Position numbers and translations under genes: made by a program. The notes beneath the pieces are model-generated. The model worked only from the letters and a program-made list of their open reading frames with translations, was not told the origin of the DNA and made no database searches. A DNA stretch of 64,000 bases from Escherichia phage 348Ecol098PP. The stretch lies in sequence record OR062947.1; one strand, given 5' to 3'. Of this stretch, positions 8,403 to 17,373 are shown one piece after another (position 1 is the first letter of the stretch; every line of letters starts with the position of its first letter).

Positions 8403-9350
8403 ATGTACAATATTAAATGCTTGTCCCAAGAAGAACAGTTAGAAGCTTATGGCCTGGTTGAATCAGGCAAATGGACTCGTAAAGAAATTGCCGATTACTT
8501 CGACATTTCAACAGATACTCTTCGTAAGATTGTTAAGAATTTTAAAGCAGAAGGCGTTGTCCCTGAAGCAAACGATGCCTCTTATGTAATCGAAGAAGTT
8601 CCAGAAAATGATGAACCTATTATCGGCGGACATCGTCCTGAAATCGTATGGAACGCGTCATCTAAATTTATTTCAATTATTGAAGGACGCGTAGCATACA
8701 ATGCGACTCCATCAAGTCATGCAAATTTTGAAGAAATTAAAGCTAATCTGGTCGCAGGAAACCTTAATAAAGCTGTCGAACTTATTAACATCAAGAAAGC
8801 TATTAGTAAGTTTGTTGACGGTAATGTTGTTATTGAAGGTGGTAGTTTATTTTATCAAGGTATAGAGATTCGTTCTGGTCTGGTTAATCGTATTATTGAT
8901 TCTATGGAAAAAGGCGAAGACTTTAAATTCTATCTACCGTTCCTTGAAAACCTGTTAGAAAACCCAAGCGAAAAAGCTGTACAACGTTTATTCGACTTCT
9001 TGGTTGCAAATGATATTGAAATCACTGAAGATGGGCATTTCTACGCGTGGAAAGTAGTTCGTAAAGATTATTTAGATTGCTATAGCGGTACATTTGATAA
9101 CTCACCAGGTAAAGTTGTTTCAATGCCTCGTACTCGTGTTAACGATGATGATACACAAACCTGCTCCCGTGGTCTACATGTTTGCGCTAAATCTTATATT
9201 CGCCACTTTGGTTCAAGCTCAGATAAAGTTGTGAAAGTTAAAGTTCATCCACGTGATGTTGTATCCATCCCGGTTGACTATGGTGATGCTAAGATGCGCA
9301 CATGTCGTTATGAAGTAATTTCAGACGTTACTGAATTGTTTGCAGAATAA
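8403..9350 (+). CDS. rIIB: rIIB protein
   Basis: 315-aa ORF directly downstream of rIIA; size and position match T4 rIIB (312 aa). Confidence 0.8.
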   Translation: MYNIKCLSQEEQLEAYGLVESGKWTRKEIADYFDISTDTLRKIVKNFKAEGVVPEANDASYVIEEVPENDEPIIGGHRPEIVWNASSKFISIIEGRVAYNATPSSHANFEEIKANLVAGNLNKAVELINIKKAISKFVDGNVVIEGGSLFYQGIEIRSGLVNRIIDSMEKGEDFKFYLPFLENLLENPSEKAVQRLFDFLVANDIEITEDGHFYAWKVVRKDYLDCYSGTFDNSPGKVVSMPRTRVNDDDTQTCSRGLHVCAKSYIRHFGSSSDKVVKVKVHPRDVVSIPVDYGDAKMRTCRYEVISDVTELFAE

Positions 9351-9355
9351 TAATT

Positions 9356-9377
9356 GGGGACTTCGGTCCCCTTTTTT
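9356..9377 (+). terminator. rho-independent terminator
   Basis: ggggacTTCGgtcccc followed by tttttt. Confidence 0.65.
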
Positions 9378-9391
9378 CTTTAGGGGTAATT

Positions 9392-9679
9392 ATGATTCAT
9401 CCATTTGACGTATCAGAATCCAAAATTGCTAATCTTCGTGGTCATCATAAGTGTAAATCAGTTTATTGTGCTAAATTGGTAAAACATCCTGGCGATGCAC
9501 ACTACGGCTGGTTAGAATGCGACGAAGTTGTTATTGAAATTCCGCCTGTAGATGCAGAATATCTTGAAGAAGGTGACCGCATTTATTTTGGCGAACTACA
9601 CATCAGAGGTATCTATGGTAAAGACGAACTTGGGGCTGTTGAGGCTGAAGAATCTTCCGACATTTATCCTGTCGAATGA
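9392..9679 (+). CDS. hypothetical early protein
   Basis: 95-aa ORF with ggggtaatt RBS-like sequence; lies in the denB/ndd region. Confidence 0.45.
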   Translation: MIHPFDVSESKIANLRGHHKCKSVYCAKLVKHPGDAHYGWLECDEVVIEIPPVDAEYLEEGDRIYFGELHIRGIYGKDELGAVEAEESSDIYPVE

Positions 9680-9695
9680 GTTTTTGACTAGTGAA

Positions 9696-10172
9696 ATGAA
9701 GGTGAAGATTGCTGACACTGCTCGGTATTCCCTGAGCCAAAATCCTGGCCAAAACAAAGAAGATGTAGTTCGACGTTGTAAGGTTGCGGTCTTTGCAGAG
9801 TATGTAGTAGCAAATTGGCTAGACGGATATGTTAATAAAGGTATTGAAGATGTAGAAGACCCGTACACGTATGCATGGGACGTGTTAGCTCATCCTAAAT
9901 ACTGCGGGTTGCGTGTAGAAGTCAAGACACACCAGATAGATTCTAAATGGATTTCGGTTACCACAGGATACAGCGGTGATTATCCAGGTGGTAATGGAAT
10001 CAATATAGGGCCCTTCTTGAACCATCGAGTCGCAGATTGCATTATTATATTAGATGTCAAAGAAACCTCACCTGACGTCTTCTCTTATTCTATAAAGTTC
10101 GTGGGAGACCATGAAGACCTAAAGAAAATCGTCCGCAAGAGCAACTACAACGGGTGGTATCTTCAACTTTAA
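9696..10172 (+). CDS. hypothetical early protein (positional denB candidate, unverified)
   Basis: ATG at 9696 right after the upstream stop; track ORF 9552-10172 would overlap the upstream ORF by 128 nt, so the shorter start is preferred. Confidence 0.4.
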   Translation: MKVKIADTARYSLSQNPGQNKEDVVRRCKVAVFAEYVVANWLDGYVNKGIEDVEDPYTYAWDVLAHPKYCGLRVEVKTHQIDSKWISVTTGYSGDYPGGNGINIGPFLNHRVADCIIILDVKETSPDVFSYSIKFVGDHEDLKKIVRKSNYNGWYLQL

Positions 10173-10184
10173 TTTCATAAAAGT

Positions 10185-10215
10185 GTTTACAACTAAGTAG
10201 GACTATGATATAGTA
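10185..10215 (+). promoter_or_regulatory. T4-type early promoter inside a stem-loop
   Basis: GTTTAC at 10185-10190; inverted repeat gtaggacta/tagtcctat flanks the tatgatatag -10 region. Confidence 0.5.
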
Positions 10216-10240
10216 GTCCTATCTAAAAGAGGATAACATC

Positions 10241-10504
10241 ATGAAATTTAAATTTTTCTACGCAAAACATAAAGTAACAGGCGAATTTGTTTCAATGTAC
10301 AACACTGCAGATGACGAAGGGATGATTTATACCCATTTGGGTCTATCTCATTGGGACTCAGACGTGCCTTATATGTCATCTGAAGCCGAAATAACTCGTC
10401 TGGTTAATGGACATATGAACGACCATTTTAGTGTTATTCTTTCTAAAGACCTTAAAGAGGTTATCAACAAAGGATATATGGAACTCGCGGAAGTTGAGAT
10501 ATGA
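10241..10504 (+). CDS. hypothetical early protein
   Basis: 87-aa ORF with gagga RBS downstream of an early promoter. Confidence 0.55.
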   Translation: MKFKFFYAKHKVTGEFVSMYNTADDEGMIYTHLGLSHWDSDVPYMSSEAEITRLVNGHMNDHFSVILSKDLKEVINKGYMELAEVEI

Positions 10505-10587
10505 GCTCTAAAATGTGGATCGGAATATGGTTGCTTAGTATCCCTATGATTTGTATAGTATTTTCAATTGTATTGAGGTACTTATGA
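10501..10587 (+). CDS. small hydrophobic peptide (28 aa)
   Basis: MSSKMWIGIWLLSIPMICIVFSIVLRYL; start overlaps the upstream stop (ATGA); not in the ORF track. Confidence 0.3.
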   Translation: MSSKMWIGIWLLSIPMICIVFSIVLRYL

Positions 10588-10694
10588 AAAATGCACTTAT
10601 TATTGTACTAAGAACAATTTGTGATACGGGTTTTTACATCGCATGTTCGTTCACTGGATCATGGTTGGCTTTAACATATTTTAATGTAATTTAA
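10584..10694 (+). CDS. small hydrophobic peptide (36 aa)
   Basis: MKNALIIVLRTICDTGFYIACSFTGSWLALTYFNVI; ATGA overlap with the previous small ORF. Confidence 0.3.
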   Translation: MKNALIIVLRTICDTGFYIACSFTGSWLALTYFNVI

Positions 10695-10696
10695 TT

Positions 10697-10733
10697 GTTT
10701 ACAACAAGGTAGGATTATGGTATAGTAGTCCTA
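10697..10733 (+). promoter_or_regulatory. T4-type early promoter inside a stem-loop
   Basis: GTTTAC at 10697-10702; imperfect inverted repeat gtaggatta/tagtcctac around ttatggtatag. Confidence 0.5.
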
Positions 10734-10754
10734 CTGAAACATGAGGAACACAAA

Positions 10755-10955
10755 ATGGCTAAGCTTTTTAAAGATGTTGAAATTGGTGAAAAATTTGTCC
10801 TGAATAATGGTCAGCAGCTTATTCGTGTAGCTTCTATCGCCGGACAAACTCATAACTGTATCGCCCCAACGTGTTGGACTCGATTCTTTATTGAAGATGA
10901 CACTGAATGTTTAACTGTTGAAGAGCTTTTTGAACGTTCTGATATAGCCGAATAA
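10755..10955 (+). CDS. hypothetical early protein
   Basis: 66-aa ORF with gagga RBS. Confidence 0.5.
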   Translation: MAKLFKDVEIGEKFVLNNGQQLIRVASIAGQTHNCIAPTCWTRFFIEDDTECLTVEELFERSDIAE

Positions 10956-10957
10956 AA

Positions 10958-10994
10958 TTGTACAAACTCTTGAGAGCAGAGTATAATGCTCTCA
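10958..10994 (+). promoter_or_regulatory. early promoter inside a stem-loop
   Basis: TTGTAC -35-like, tataat at 10982-10987 flanked by gagagca/tgctctc. Confidence 0.45.
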
Positions 10995-11031
10995 TGGATT
11001 ACAAAAACATTAATCAATTGAGGAAATTAGC

Positions 11032-11478
11032 ATGTCCAAATATTTAACTCGTAAAGACCTTCTGGCAGTTGGCGGTGAAGTTGTTGCAGTAGTTCGTAAT
11101 GGCGAATACGGTTCTGAAGTTTCTAAAGAGTTTCGTTCTCGTGAAGGTTTTTACTTCTTTGTTAAAGGTTCATCTGACTGGCGTCAAGTTGCAGCACGAT
11201 TCTTTGTAGGACGTCAACGTTCTAAACAAGGGTTGGATGCAATTCTTTCTCACATTCGTCAAGGCCGTTCGCAACTAGCCCGTACTATGGGCACTAACAA
11301 TATTGAATATGATGTAATCTTTGTTGCAGCTAAGAACATGAAACCCCTGACTACTGGTTATGGTAAAGGACAATTGGCTCTGGCATTCACTCGCAATCAT
11401 ACATCAGAATATCAAACACTCACTGAAATGAACCGTCTTCTGGCAGATAATTTCAAATTCGTTCTGCAGAGTTACTAA
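11032..11478 (+). CDS. ndd: nucleoid disruption protein Ndd
   Basis: 148-aa ORF; FYFxVKG...[11 protein letters not shown]...[14 protein letters not shown]...[21 protein letters not shown]...NFKFVLQSY matches recalled T4 Ndd. Confidence 0.75.
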   Translation: MSKYLTRKDLLAVGGEVVAVVRNGEYGSEVSKEFRSREGFYFFVKGSSDWRQVAARFFVGRQRSKQGLDAILSHIRQGRSQLARTMGTNNIEYDVIFVAAKNMKPLTTGYGKGQLALAFTRNHTSEYQTLTEMNRLLADNFKFVLQSY

Positions 11479-11486
11479 TTTATACG

Positions 11487-11518
11487 GGCCTATTAAGTTA
11501 GGCCTTTAATTTATTTTT
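11487..11518 (+). terminator. rho-independent terminator
   Basis: ggccta-ttaagt-taggcc hairpin followed by tttaatttattttt. Confidence 0.5.
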
Positions 11519-11530
11519 GAGGTAATTAAA

Positions 11531-11680
11531 ATGGTAGCATGGATTATTGCATTGCTGTGTTGGTCGTTTTTATTCGTTAACACTTTAGTTACAGGCGAAA
11601 CAACAGTATTTCAACAGGCTGTGTCACAAGGTACCTTAGCGGTCTTAGCTCTTCTTAACGTATTAAAAGGCGAGCAATGA
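11531..11680 (+). CDS. small membrane peptide (49 aa)
   Basis: MVAWIIALLCWSFLFVNTLVTGE...; hydrophobic; not in the ORF track. Confidence 0.35.
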   Translation: MVAWIIALLCWSFLFVNTLVTGETTVFQQAVSQGTLAVLALLNVLKGEQ

Positions 11681-11817
11681 TTAAGAAAATCTTAGCAGGA
11701 GCCTTCGGGCTCTTGTTTTTGCTTACGGTTCTGTACTACGGTGTGATGTTTGGGCTAATCCAAGTAGTGCTTTTCATTTCAGATGTTATAATGGTTATTC
11801 GTTCATTAATATGGTGA
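11677..11817 (+). CDS. small membrane peptide (46 aa)
   Basis: MIKKILAGAFGLLFLLTVLYYGVMFGLIQVV...; ATGA overlap with the previous ORF. Confidence 0.35.
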   Translation: MIKKILAGAFGLLFLLTVLYYGVMFGLIQVVLFISDVIMVIRSLIW

Positions 11818-11821
11818 AAAT

Positions 11822-13147
11822 ATGCAATTGAATTCTCGTAATCTAAAAAGTATTATTGATAACGAAGCCTTAGCATATGCGATGTACACCGTTGAAAACC
11901 GTGCAATCCCAAACATGATTGATGGATTTAAGCCGGTTCAACGTTTTGTGGTTCATCGTGCGTTAGATTTGGCTCGTGGTAATAAAGAAAAATTTCATAA
12001 ACTTGCGTCAATTGCAGGAGGTGTTGCAGATTTAGGTTATCATCATGGCGAATCTTCTGCACAAGATGCAGGTGCATTGATGGCTAACACATGGAACAAC
12101 AACTATCCGTTGTTAGATGGCCAAGGCAACTTTGGTTCTAGAACAGTCCAAAAAGCTGCAGCATCTCGTTATATTTTTGCTCGTGTAAGTAAAAATTTCT
12201 ATAACGTATATAAAGATACTGAATATGCTCCAGCTCATGAAGATAAAGAACACATTCCACCAAAATTCTATCTTCCTATTATTCCGACAGTTCTTTTGAA
12301 TGGTGTCTCTGGTATTGCAACCGGTTACGCAACAAATATTCTGCCTCATAGTTTTAAATCAGTCAAAAAGGCTGTATTACAAGCTCTTCAAGGTAAAAAT
12401 GTCACTAAGCCAAAAGTTGAATTCCCGGAATTCCGTGGTGAAGTACATGAAGTTGATGGGCGTTATGAGATTCACGGAACATATAAGTTCACATCTCGCA
12501 CTCAAATGCAGATAACTGAAATCCCATATAAATTCGACCGTGAAACGTATGTGAGTAAGGTTCTTGACCCGTTGGAAGACAAAGGTCTAATCTCATGGGA
12601 AGATGATTGTGGTGAACACGGCTTTGGGTTTAAGGTGAAGTTCCGTAAAGAGTACTCGCTTCCTGATGATGAAGAGCTACGTCATGAAAAAATCATGAAA
12701 GATTTTAGTCTCATCGAACGTCGTTCACAAAACATCACAGTGATTAATGAAAAGGGTAAATTAGCAGTCTATGATAACGTAGTGGACTTAATCAAAGATT
12801 TTGTTGAAGTCCGTAAGACTTACGTTCAGAAACGTATTGACAACAAAATCCTTGAATCTGAAAAAGCATTTAAACTGGCTTTTGCTAAGGCACACTTCAT
12901 CAAAAAAGTTATTACAGGTGAAATTGTGATTCAGGGCAAGACCCGTAAAGCTTTGACTGAAGAGCTAACACAAATCGAAATGTATAAAGAACATGTCGAT
13001 AAACTGGTAGGTCTTAACATCTTCCATATCACTTCCGACGAAGCACGTAAACTAGCAGAAGAAGCTAAAGCTAAGAAAGAAGAAAATGAGTATTGGAAGT
13101 CTACTGATGTGGTAACTGAGTATGTTAAAGATTTGGAGGCTCTATGA
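11822..13147 (+). CDS. 52: DNA topoisomerase II medium subunit (GyrA-like)
   Basis: 441-aa ORF; size and position match T4 gp52 (442 aa) and sequence matches recalled gp52. Confidence 0.85.
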   Translation: MQLNSRNLKSIIDNEALAYAMYTVENRAIPNMIDGFKPVQRFVVHRALDLARGNKEKFHKLASIAGGVADLGYHHGESSAQDAGALMANTWNNNYPLLDGQGNFGSRTVQKAAASRYIFARVSKNFYNVYKDTEYAPAHEDKEHIPPKFYLPIIPTVLLNGVSGIATGYATNILPHSFKSVKKAVLQALQGKNVTKPKVEFPEFRGEVHEVDGRYEIHGTYKFTSRTQMQITEIPYKFDRETYVSKVLDPLEDKGLISWEDDCGEHGFGFKVKFRKEYSLPDDEELRHEKIMKDFSLIERRSQNITVINEKGKLAVYDNVVDLIKDFVEVRKTYVQKRIDNKILESEKAFKLAFAKAHFIKKVITGEIVIQGKTRKALTEELTQIEMYKEHVDKLVGLNIFHITSDEARKLAEEAKAKKEENEYWKSTDVVTEYVKDLEAL

Positions 13148-13248
13148 GCCTTGGAGTCGAGTTCTTGTTACTATGTATCTTTGCTGTTATTCTAGGCCTG
13201 GCGACAGGCTTAGCTATAGGTTTAATAGCAGCCCACTTTAAAAAGTAA
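13144..13248 (+). CDS. small membrane peptide (34 aa)
   Basis: MSLGVEFLLLCIFAVILGLATGLAIGLIAAHFKK; ATGA overlap with the gene 52 stop, followed by a terminator. Confidence 0.35.
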   Translation: MSLGVEFLLLCIFAVILGLATGLAIGLIAAHFKK

Positions 13249-13269
13249 GGAACCTTCGGGTTCCTTTTT
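13249..13269 (+). terminator. rho-independent terminator
   Basis: ggaaccTTCGggttcc followed by ttttt. Confidence 0.65.
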
Positions 13270-13290
13270 GTGCATTTTTCTCACAAAACA

Positions 13291-13319
13291 GTTTACATGT
13301 GCTTCAAACATGATATTAT
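13291..13319 (+). promoter_or_regulatory. T4-type early promoter (motA)
   Basis: GTTTAC at 13291-13296, 17-nt spacer, tattat at 13314-13319. Confidence 0.55.
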
Positions 13320-13358
13320 AGACCTATCAAAACAAAACAACCGAATTGGAGAAATAAA

Positions 13359-13991
13359 ATGTCTAAAGTTGCTTACATCATCAAAGCTTCCGAAAACGCT
13401 CTTAATGAAAAAACTGCTGCAATAATGGTTTACATCATTAAGAACAACTTCACCACTGCTGCCAATGTCCGTGAAGCTCTGGAAGCGGAATACAATGCAT
13501 CGGTTGTTAACTCTAACATTGGTGTATTGATTAAGAAAGGTTTAGTCGAAAAATCTGGTGATGGACTTATAGCAACAGGCGAAGCAATGGATATTATCCA
13601 AAAAGCTGCAGACCTCTTTGCCCAAGAAAATGCTCCAGAACTTCTTCAGAAACGTAACACTAGAAAAGCACGTGGAGTTACTCCTGAAATGCATGAATTA
13701 GCAAACTTTGTTTTTGAAAATATTAAAGATAAAGTTGAAGTTAAAGAAATCGGTGAAAACCGTAGTAACTTGGAAGTTCGATTTGCAAAACGAGTTCTAG
13801 GTATTCGTCAGATCGAAATTCGTCGAGATGGTTCTCTTAGAATCTTTGCATACAACATGTCAGAAACTGAATCAAAGCTGTTTACTTCTCTTGAAAATGA
13901 TGTTAAGATTAAGATCGGTGGTAAATATACTTACATTGACTTCCCTAATGTGTCCAAAGAAATCATTACCCTTGTAACTAACGTACTGTGA
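13359..13991 (+). CDS. motA: middle-transcription activator MotA
   Basis: 210-aa ORF; MSKVAYIIKAS...VVNSNIGVLIKKGLVEKSGDGLI.TGEA...AQENAPELL.KR.TRKAR matches recalled T4 MotA. Confidence 0.85.
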   Translation: MSKVAYIIKASENALNEKTAAIMVYIIKNNFTTAANVREALEAEYNASVVNSNIGVLIKKGLVEKSGDGLIATGEAMDIIQKAADLFAQENAPELLQKRNTRKARGVTPEMHELANFVFENIKDKVEVKEIGENRSNLEVRFAKRVLGIRQIEIRRDGSLRIFAYNMSETESKLFTSLENDVKIKIGGKYTYIDFPNVSKEIITLVTNVL

Positions 13992-14001
13992 GGAATACAT
14001 A

Positions 14002-14331
14002 ATGAATAAGCTGAATATTATTAACGAACTTCGTAAATGTGCAGAACCTACTCAGGAAGGATGGGATATTTGGTACCACGGGGCTTATTTAGGGACAATT
14101 GTAAAGATTAAAGCAGGCCAATATATGGTTATTCGTGAAAATAATGACGCACCATTTGGCCTTCGTAAAAACTACATGGCAGCGATCAGTTCATTTGTTG
14201 ATGCCGCTTACGAAATCTATAAAGAAGATTATAAAGAATATCAGCAGTCACAACCGGTTATTCGTTCGATCGGTGTAAATAAACAAGCACAAAAATCTAT
14301 TTGGCAACGTATTAAGGAATGGTTTAAATGA
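14002..14331 (+). CDS. hypothetical protein
   Basis: 109-aa ORF with gagga RBS. Confidence 0.55.
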   Translation: MNKLNIINELRKCAEPTQEGWDIWYHGAYLGTIVKIKAGQYMVIRENNDAPFGLRKNYMAAISSFVDAAYEIYKEDYKEYQQSQPVIRSIGVNKQAQKSIWQRIKEWFK

Positions 14332-14789
14332 AATCATTTAAAGAACGTTTAGAGCTATTAGATTTGGCCTTGTCTCGTGAGACTCCTGAAAGTCTAGCAG
14401 AAAAATTCCAGTCCTACGGTTATAATTATTCTGCTGATGATGTAATGAATGAAGTTCCTGAAATCTGTTGGCAAACGTGCTATTGGAATAATGACCAAAA
14501 AGTTCAACGTGTTATAGTATGTGCAGCTAATAGGTTTAAATTGAAGAGTGGTGGAACTCTGGTTATTCCTGGAGTTCGTCATTACTCTAAAGATATGGCT
14601 GAAGTACTTGATATAGTTGGTCCTCAATTAGTCTCGCAACAAGTTTGTGGCGACGACCAAGGCTTTATTGACCAATACTCTAATTACTGGACTCGTGAAG
14701 AAGCAATGATTATTGCAACGTATGCTGGACAGGTACGTATTGAACGTGGCGGAAGCGAGAAAGAACTTTATTCAGAGGACCTTTATTAA
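14328..14789 (+). CDS. hypothetical Cys-rich protein
   Basis: 153-aa ORF, ATGA overlap with the upstream stop. Confidence 0.55.
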   Translation: MKSFKERLELLDLALSRETPESLAEKFQSYGYNYSADDVMNEVPEICWQTCYWNNDQKVQRVIVCAANRFKLKSGGTLVIPGVRHYSKDMAEVLDIVGPQLVSQQVCGDDQGFIDQYSNYWTREEAMIIATYAGQVRIERGGSEKELYSEDLY

Positions 14790-15070
14790 TGAATATTAAA
14801 CAACTCCAGAAAGATGCTATTGAATCACGTATCCAAGATATCAAACGTCTTAATCATATGATGGAAGAAAACTATGGTATGTATGCTAATCAGCCTGGTT
14901 GGGACGCTTTAGACCATCCTTATTTGGTTAATTTATGTAAAGGTGATACGTTAGCAATTATTCGTGATGGGTTAAAACCTTTCTTGCGTGACATGTATAT
15001 TAAAATGAACGAAGAAATTATTAGCTCGTTGCAATATCAATTAAGGAAATTAGATGATGAGAATAATTGA
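14789..15070 (+). CDS. hypothetical protein (size and position compatible with arn, unverified)
   Basis: 93-aa ORF, TAATG overlap with the upstream stop. Confidence 0.45.
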   Translation: MNIKQLQKDAIESRIQDIKRLNHMMEENYGMYANQPGWDALDHPYLVNLCKGDTLAIIRDGLKPFLRDMYIKMNEEIISSLQYQLRKLDDENN

Positions 15071-15272
15071 TTCTAAAGTAGATTATTTTAATTCTGTTAA
15101 TGATAAGAATAAAGCTTTAATTCGCCACTTTATTACTGAGATGGGATATACAGACTCTAAAGATTTGAAAGAGCACATTATCGAATGTTCTGTGGCTAAA
15201 AAGTTTTCTTTTACCGATAAATGTTTAAATGAGGTTATAAATCATTATGAACAATCTTGTAGCAAAACATGA
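15054..15272 (+). CDS. hypothetical protein
   Basis: 72-aa ORF. Confidence 0.45.
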   Translation: MMRIIDSKVDYFNSVNDKNKALIRHFITEMGYTDSKDLKEHIIECSVAKKFSFTDKCLNEVINHYEQSCSKT

Positions 15273-15355
15273 TTTCAATAAGGCTTCTGTTCATAAGGAC
15301 AAGAAGAAATCAGAACTTCAATCTAAACGTAAACAAAAACATAAGGGTAAAGACT

Positions 15356-15655
15356 ATGCTTACTAAAATCAAAGAAAATCCTGCAACTGAACTTGTTATT
15401 CGATGCGAAGAACTTGCAGAGCTTTATCAGGTTAACCGAGAAGTATATCGTAGTGTTGTTGCAGATATGGCAGACGAAGTATGTTCTCGTATTCCTTTTA
15501 GTGTTGATTTCAATCAAATGAAGCCTGGTGAAATCACTATCGTCTTTGGTTCTGACTATACTGAAGAACGGGCTCTTAATGTCCTAGAATATGAAATGTC
15601 ATTCTTTGACATACAGGATTACATTGATAGTTATAAGGAACGATATGAGTCATAA
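15356..15655 (+). CDS. hypothetical protein
   Basis: ATG at 15356 after aaggg RBS; the track ORF starts at 15269 but has no RBS there. Confidence 0.45.
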   Translation: MLTKIKENPATELVIRCEELAELYQVNREVYRSVVADMADEVCSRIPFSVDFNQMKPGEITIVFGSDYTEERALNVLEYEMSFFDIQDYIDSYKERYES

Positions 15656-15806
15656 TCTTCAGAACGTAGTAGAGGCCGAACGTGAGCGTGAGGCTTTAGT
15701 CTATAATGAACTATTAGTTCCGTTCTTGGCCTTACACTCGTACGAACAGGAAGACTATACCAATTACGTTAAAAGCGTAGAAAAAGCCGTTTACAATCAA
15801 CACTGA
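15645..15806 (+). CDS. hypothetical small protein
   Basis: 53-aa ORF, ATG at 15645 overlapping the upstream gene end. Confidence 0.35.
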   Translation: MSHNLQNVVEAEREREALVYNELLVPFLALHSYEQEDYTNYVKSVEKAVYNQH

Positions 15807-15852
15807 TAATGGTACTATACTCATATCAATTAAGTGGAATGAATAAAACGTT

Positions 15853-16125
15853 ATGAATAAAGACATTGAAATCGTACGTGAAATTATTACTATTGCTTCT
15901 ATTTTGATTAAATTCTCTAGGGAAGATATTGTTGAAGACCGAGCAAGTTTCATCGGATTCTTGAATGAGATTGGAATTAAAAAAGATGGTCGGCAGCTAA
16001 ATCAGAATTCTTTTAGAAAACTAATTACAAATTTAACTGCCGAAGAAAAGAAAACACTGATTAGTGAATTCAATGAAGGTTTTGAAAATATTTATCGTCA
16101 TTTAGCGATGTATTCTAACAACTAA
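15853..16125 (+). CDS. asiA: anti-sigma-70 factor AsiA
   Basis: 90-aa ORF; REIIT.ASILIKFSREDIVE.RA.FI.FLNEIG...KLNQNSFRK matches recalled T4 AsiA. Confidence 0.85.
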   Translation: MNKDIEIVREIITIASILIKFSREDIVEDRASFIGFLNEIGIKKDGRQLNQNSFRKLITNLTAEEKKTLISEFNEGFENIYRHLAMYSNN

Positions 16126-16785
16126 TTATTTAGCCCTTCCTAGTATTCGGACCGCTTGGTTGCATATAGCCGCTAAGCGATCTTCCTCAAGTATATTATT
16201 CCCCTTATACCAATACATCGTCACAGTTCCAGCATAGATGTTATCCAAATTAAAGTATGGACAACTATACATATAAGAAAGTTCGGCAGTTTTAGATTTT
16301 GTAGGCAAAAATGCAAATTCTGATTTAGACGAGAAATGACGGCCACTTAAATGAATTATATATTCATTGGCCGTTTTATCCACCGGGAACCCCCCAAGGG
16401 ACTTTTCAGAAATTGTGCTAGGCAGTTTGCCTTCATAAGCTATAAGGTCGACGAAATAATTTAAGTTTTTAGGTCTGAAAGAATACACAGCACTAAAATC
16501 TGCACCAGATGAGATATGAACTATTTGCAGTTGTTCTAGAGCCGCAGATTCAAAACGTAAAGCTCGTTCTTTTTGGATTATTTCAGTATAAGTATCATAC
16601 TTAGATCTTACATAATAATCCAGCAAAATACTTCCTTTGTACCATATTAGTGCCATTAGGAACAAAAGAATAATTACCGCTACTCGGGACATTAAAACCT
16701 TTCCAGTAGCGTTATCTTTGAAAATACGATCTAGCAACCCAAATAGAATATCACTAGGCGAAAATGACACTTTTGGTGTTGCCAT
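16126..16785 (-). CDS. t: holin T
   Basis: 219-aa ORF; ISFSPSDILFG.LDR.FKDNATGKVL.SRVAV...SCPYFNLDNIYAGT.TMYWY...RILGRAK matches recalled T4 holin. Confidence 0.9.
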   Translation of the reverse strand: MATPKVSFSPSDILFGLLDRIFKDNATGKVLMSRVAVIILLFLMALIWYKGSILLDYYVRSKYDTYTEIIQKERALRFESAALEQLQIVHISSGADFSAVYSFRPKNLNYFVDLIAYEGKLPSTISEKSLGGFPVDKTANEYIIHLSGRHFSSKSEFAFLPTKSKTAELSYMYSCPYFNLDNIYAGTVTMYWYKGNNILEEDRLAAICNQAVRILGRAK

Positions 16786-16794
16786 AATACCTCC

Positions 16795-17346
16795 TTACTT
16801 AAAGATATTTATAATTCGTTTAACAAGTGATTTGCTTTCAAGGTCAGGGAATTTAGGGAATTCGCCGCCAAGATGTTCATGTTTTTCTAAAAGGGCAAAG
16901 AATTTTTTGAGCTCTTTAAATTTTCGTTTTTCTTCTCTATTAGCAACCTCTGCATCAATAAGAGAACTTAAAACGCTGAATAATTTATAGAGTTCATGAA
17001 TTTTCTTATCACGTTGAACTACGCGTTTATATGCTTCATCTTCCTTCCACCCGTCGTCGGTCCAAATGTCAAATTCGCCAGGTTCTTCTGTAGTAACATT
17101 TTGAAGAGCACCTGGAGTGTCAATAACAATTTTTTGCTTATCATAAGTCCATACTGTTTTTCCACGATGGTCTTCAACGTATACCCATTCTTGTTCGCGT
17201 TCATCAAATACAACAGCATAGCCTTCTTTAGGGTCTAAAGGTTTTTTTGGTGTCGAATGAGCCGGAAATCCTACGCCTTTTAATGGTTTATAATTTTCTT
17301 CTTTGTAAAATTCTTTTGTATCGAAATAAAAGTGATAAATTTTCAT
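16795..17346 (-). CDS. 38: long tail fibre assembly chaperone gp38 (T4-type)
   Basis: 183-aa ORF; MKIYH.YFDTKEFYKEENYKP...EPGEFDIWTDDGWKEDE...FALLEKHEHLGGEFP matches recalled T4 gp38. Confidence 0.85.
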   Translation of the reverse strand: MKIYHFYFDTKEFYKEENYKPLKGVGFPAHSTPKKPLDPKEGYAVVFDEREQEWVYVEDHRGKTVWTYDKQKIVIDTPGALQNVTTEEPGEFDIWTDDGWKEDEAYKRVVQRDKKIHELYKLFSVLSSLIDAEVANREEKRKFKELKKFFALLEKHEHLGGEFPKFPDLESKSLVKRIINIFK

Positions 17347-17373
17347 ATTCAGAAGGGGCCGAAGCCCCTCTCC

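Noticed and set aside
16637-17238. Plus-strand ORFs 16637-16990 and 16996-17238 overlapping holin t and gene 38
   Set aside because: The opposite strand encodes proteins closely matching recalled T4 holin and gp38; these are antisense artefacts.
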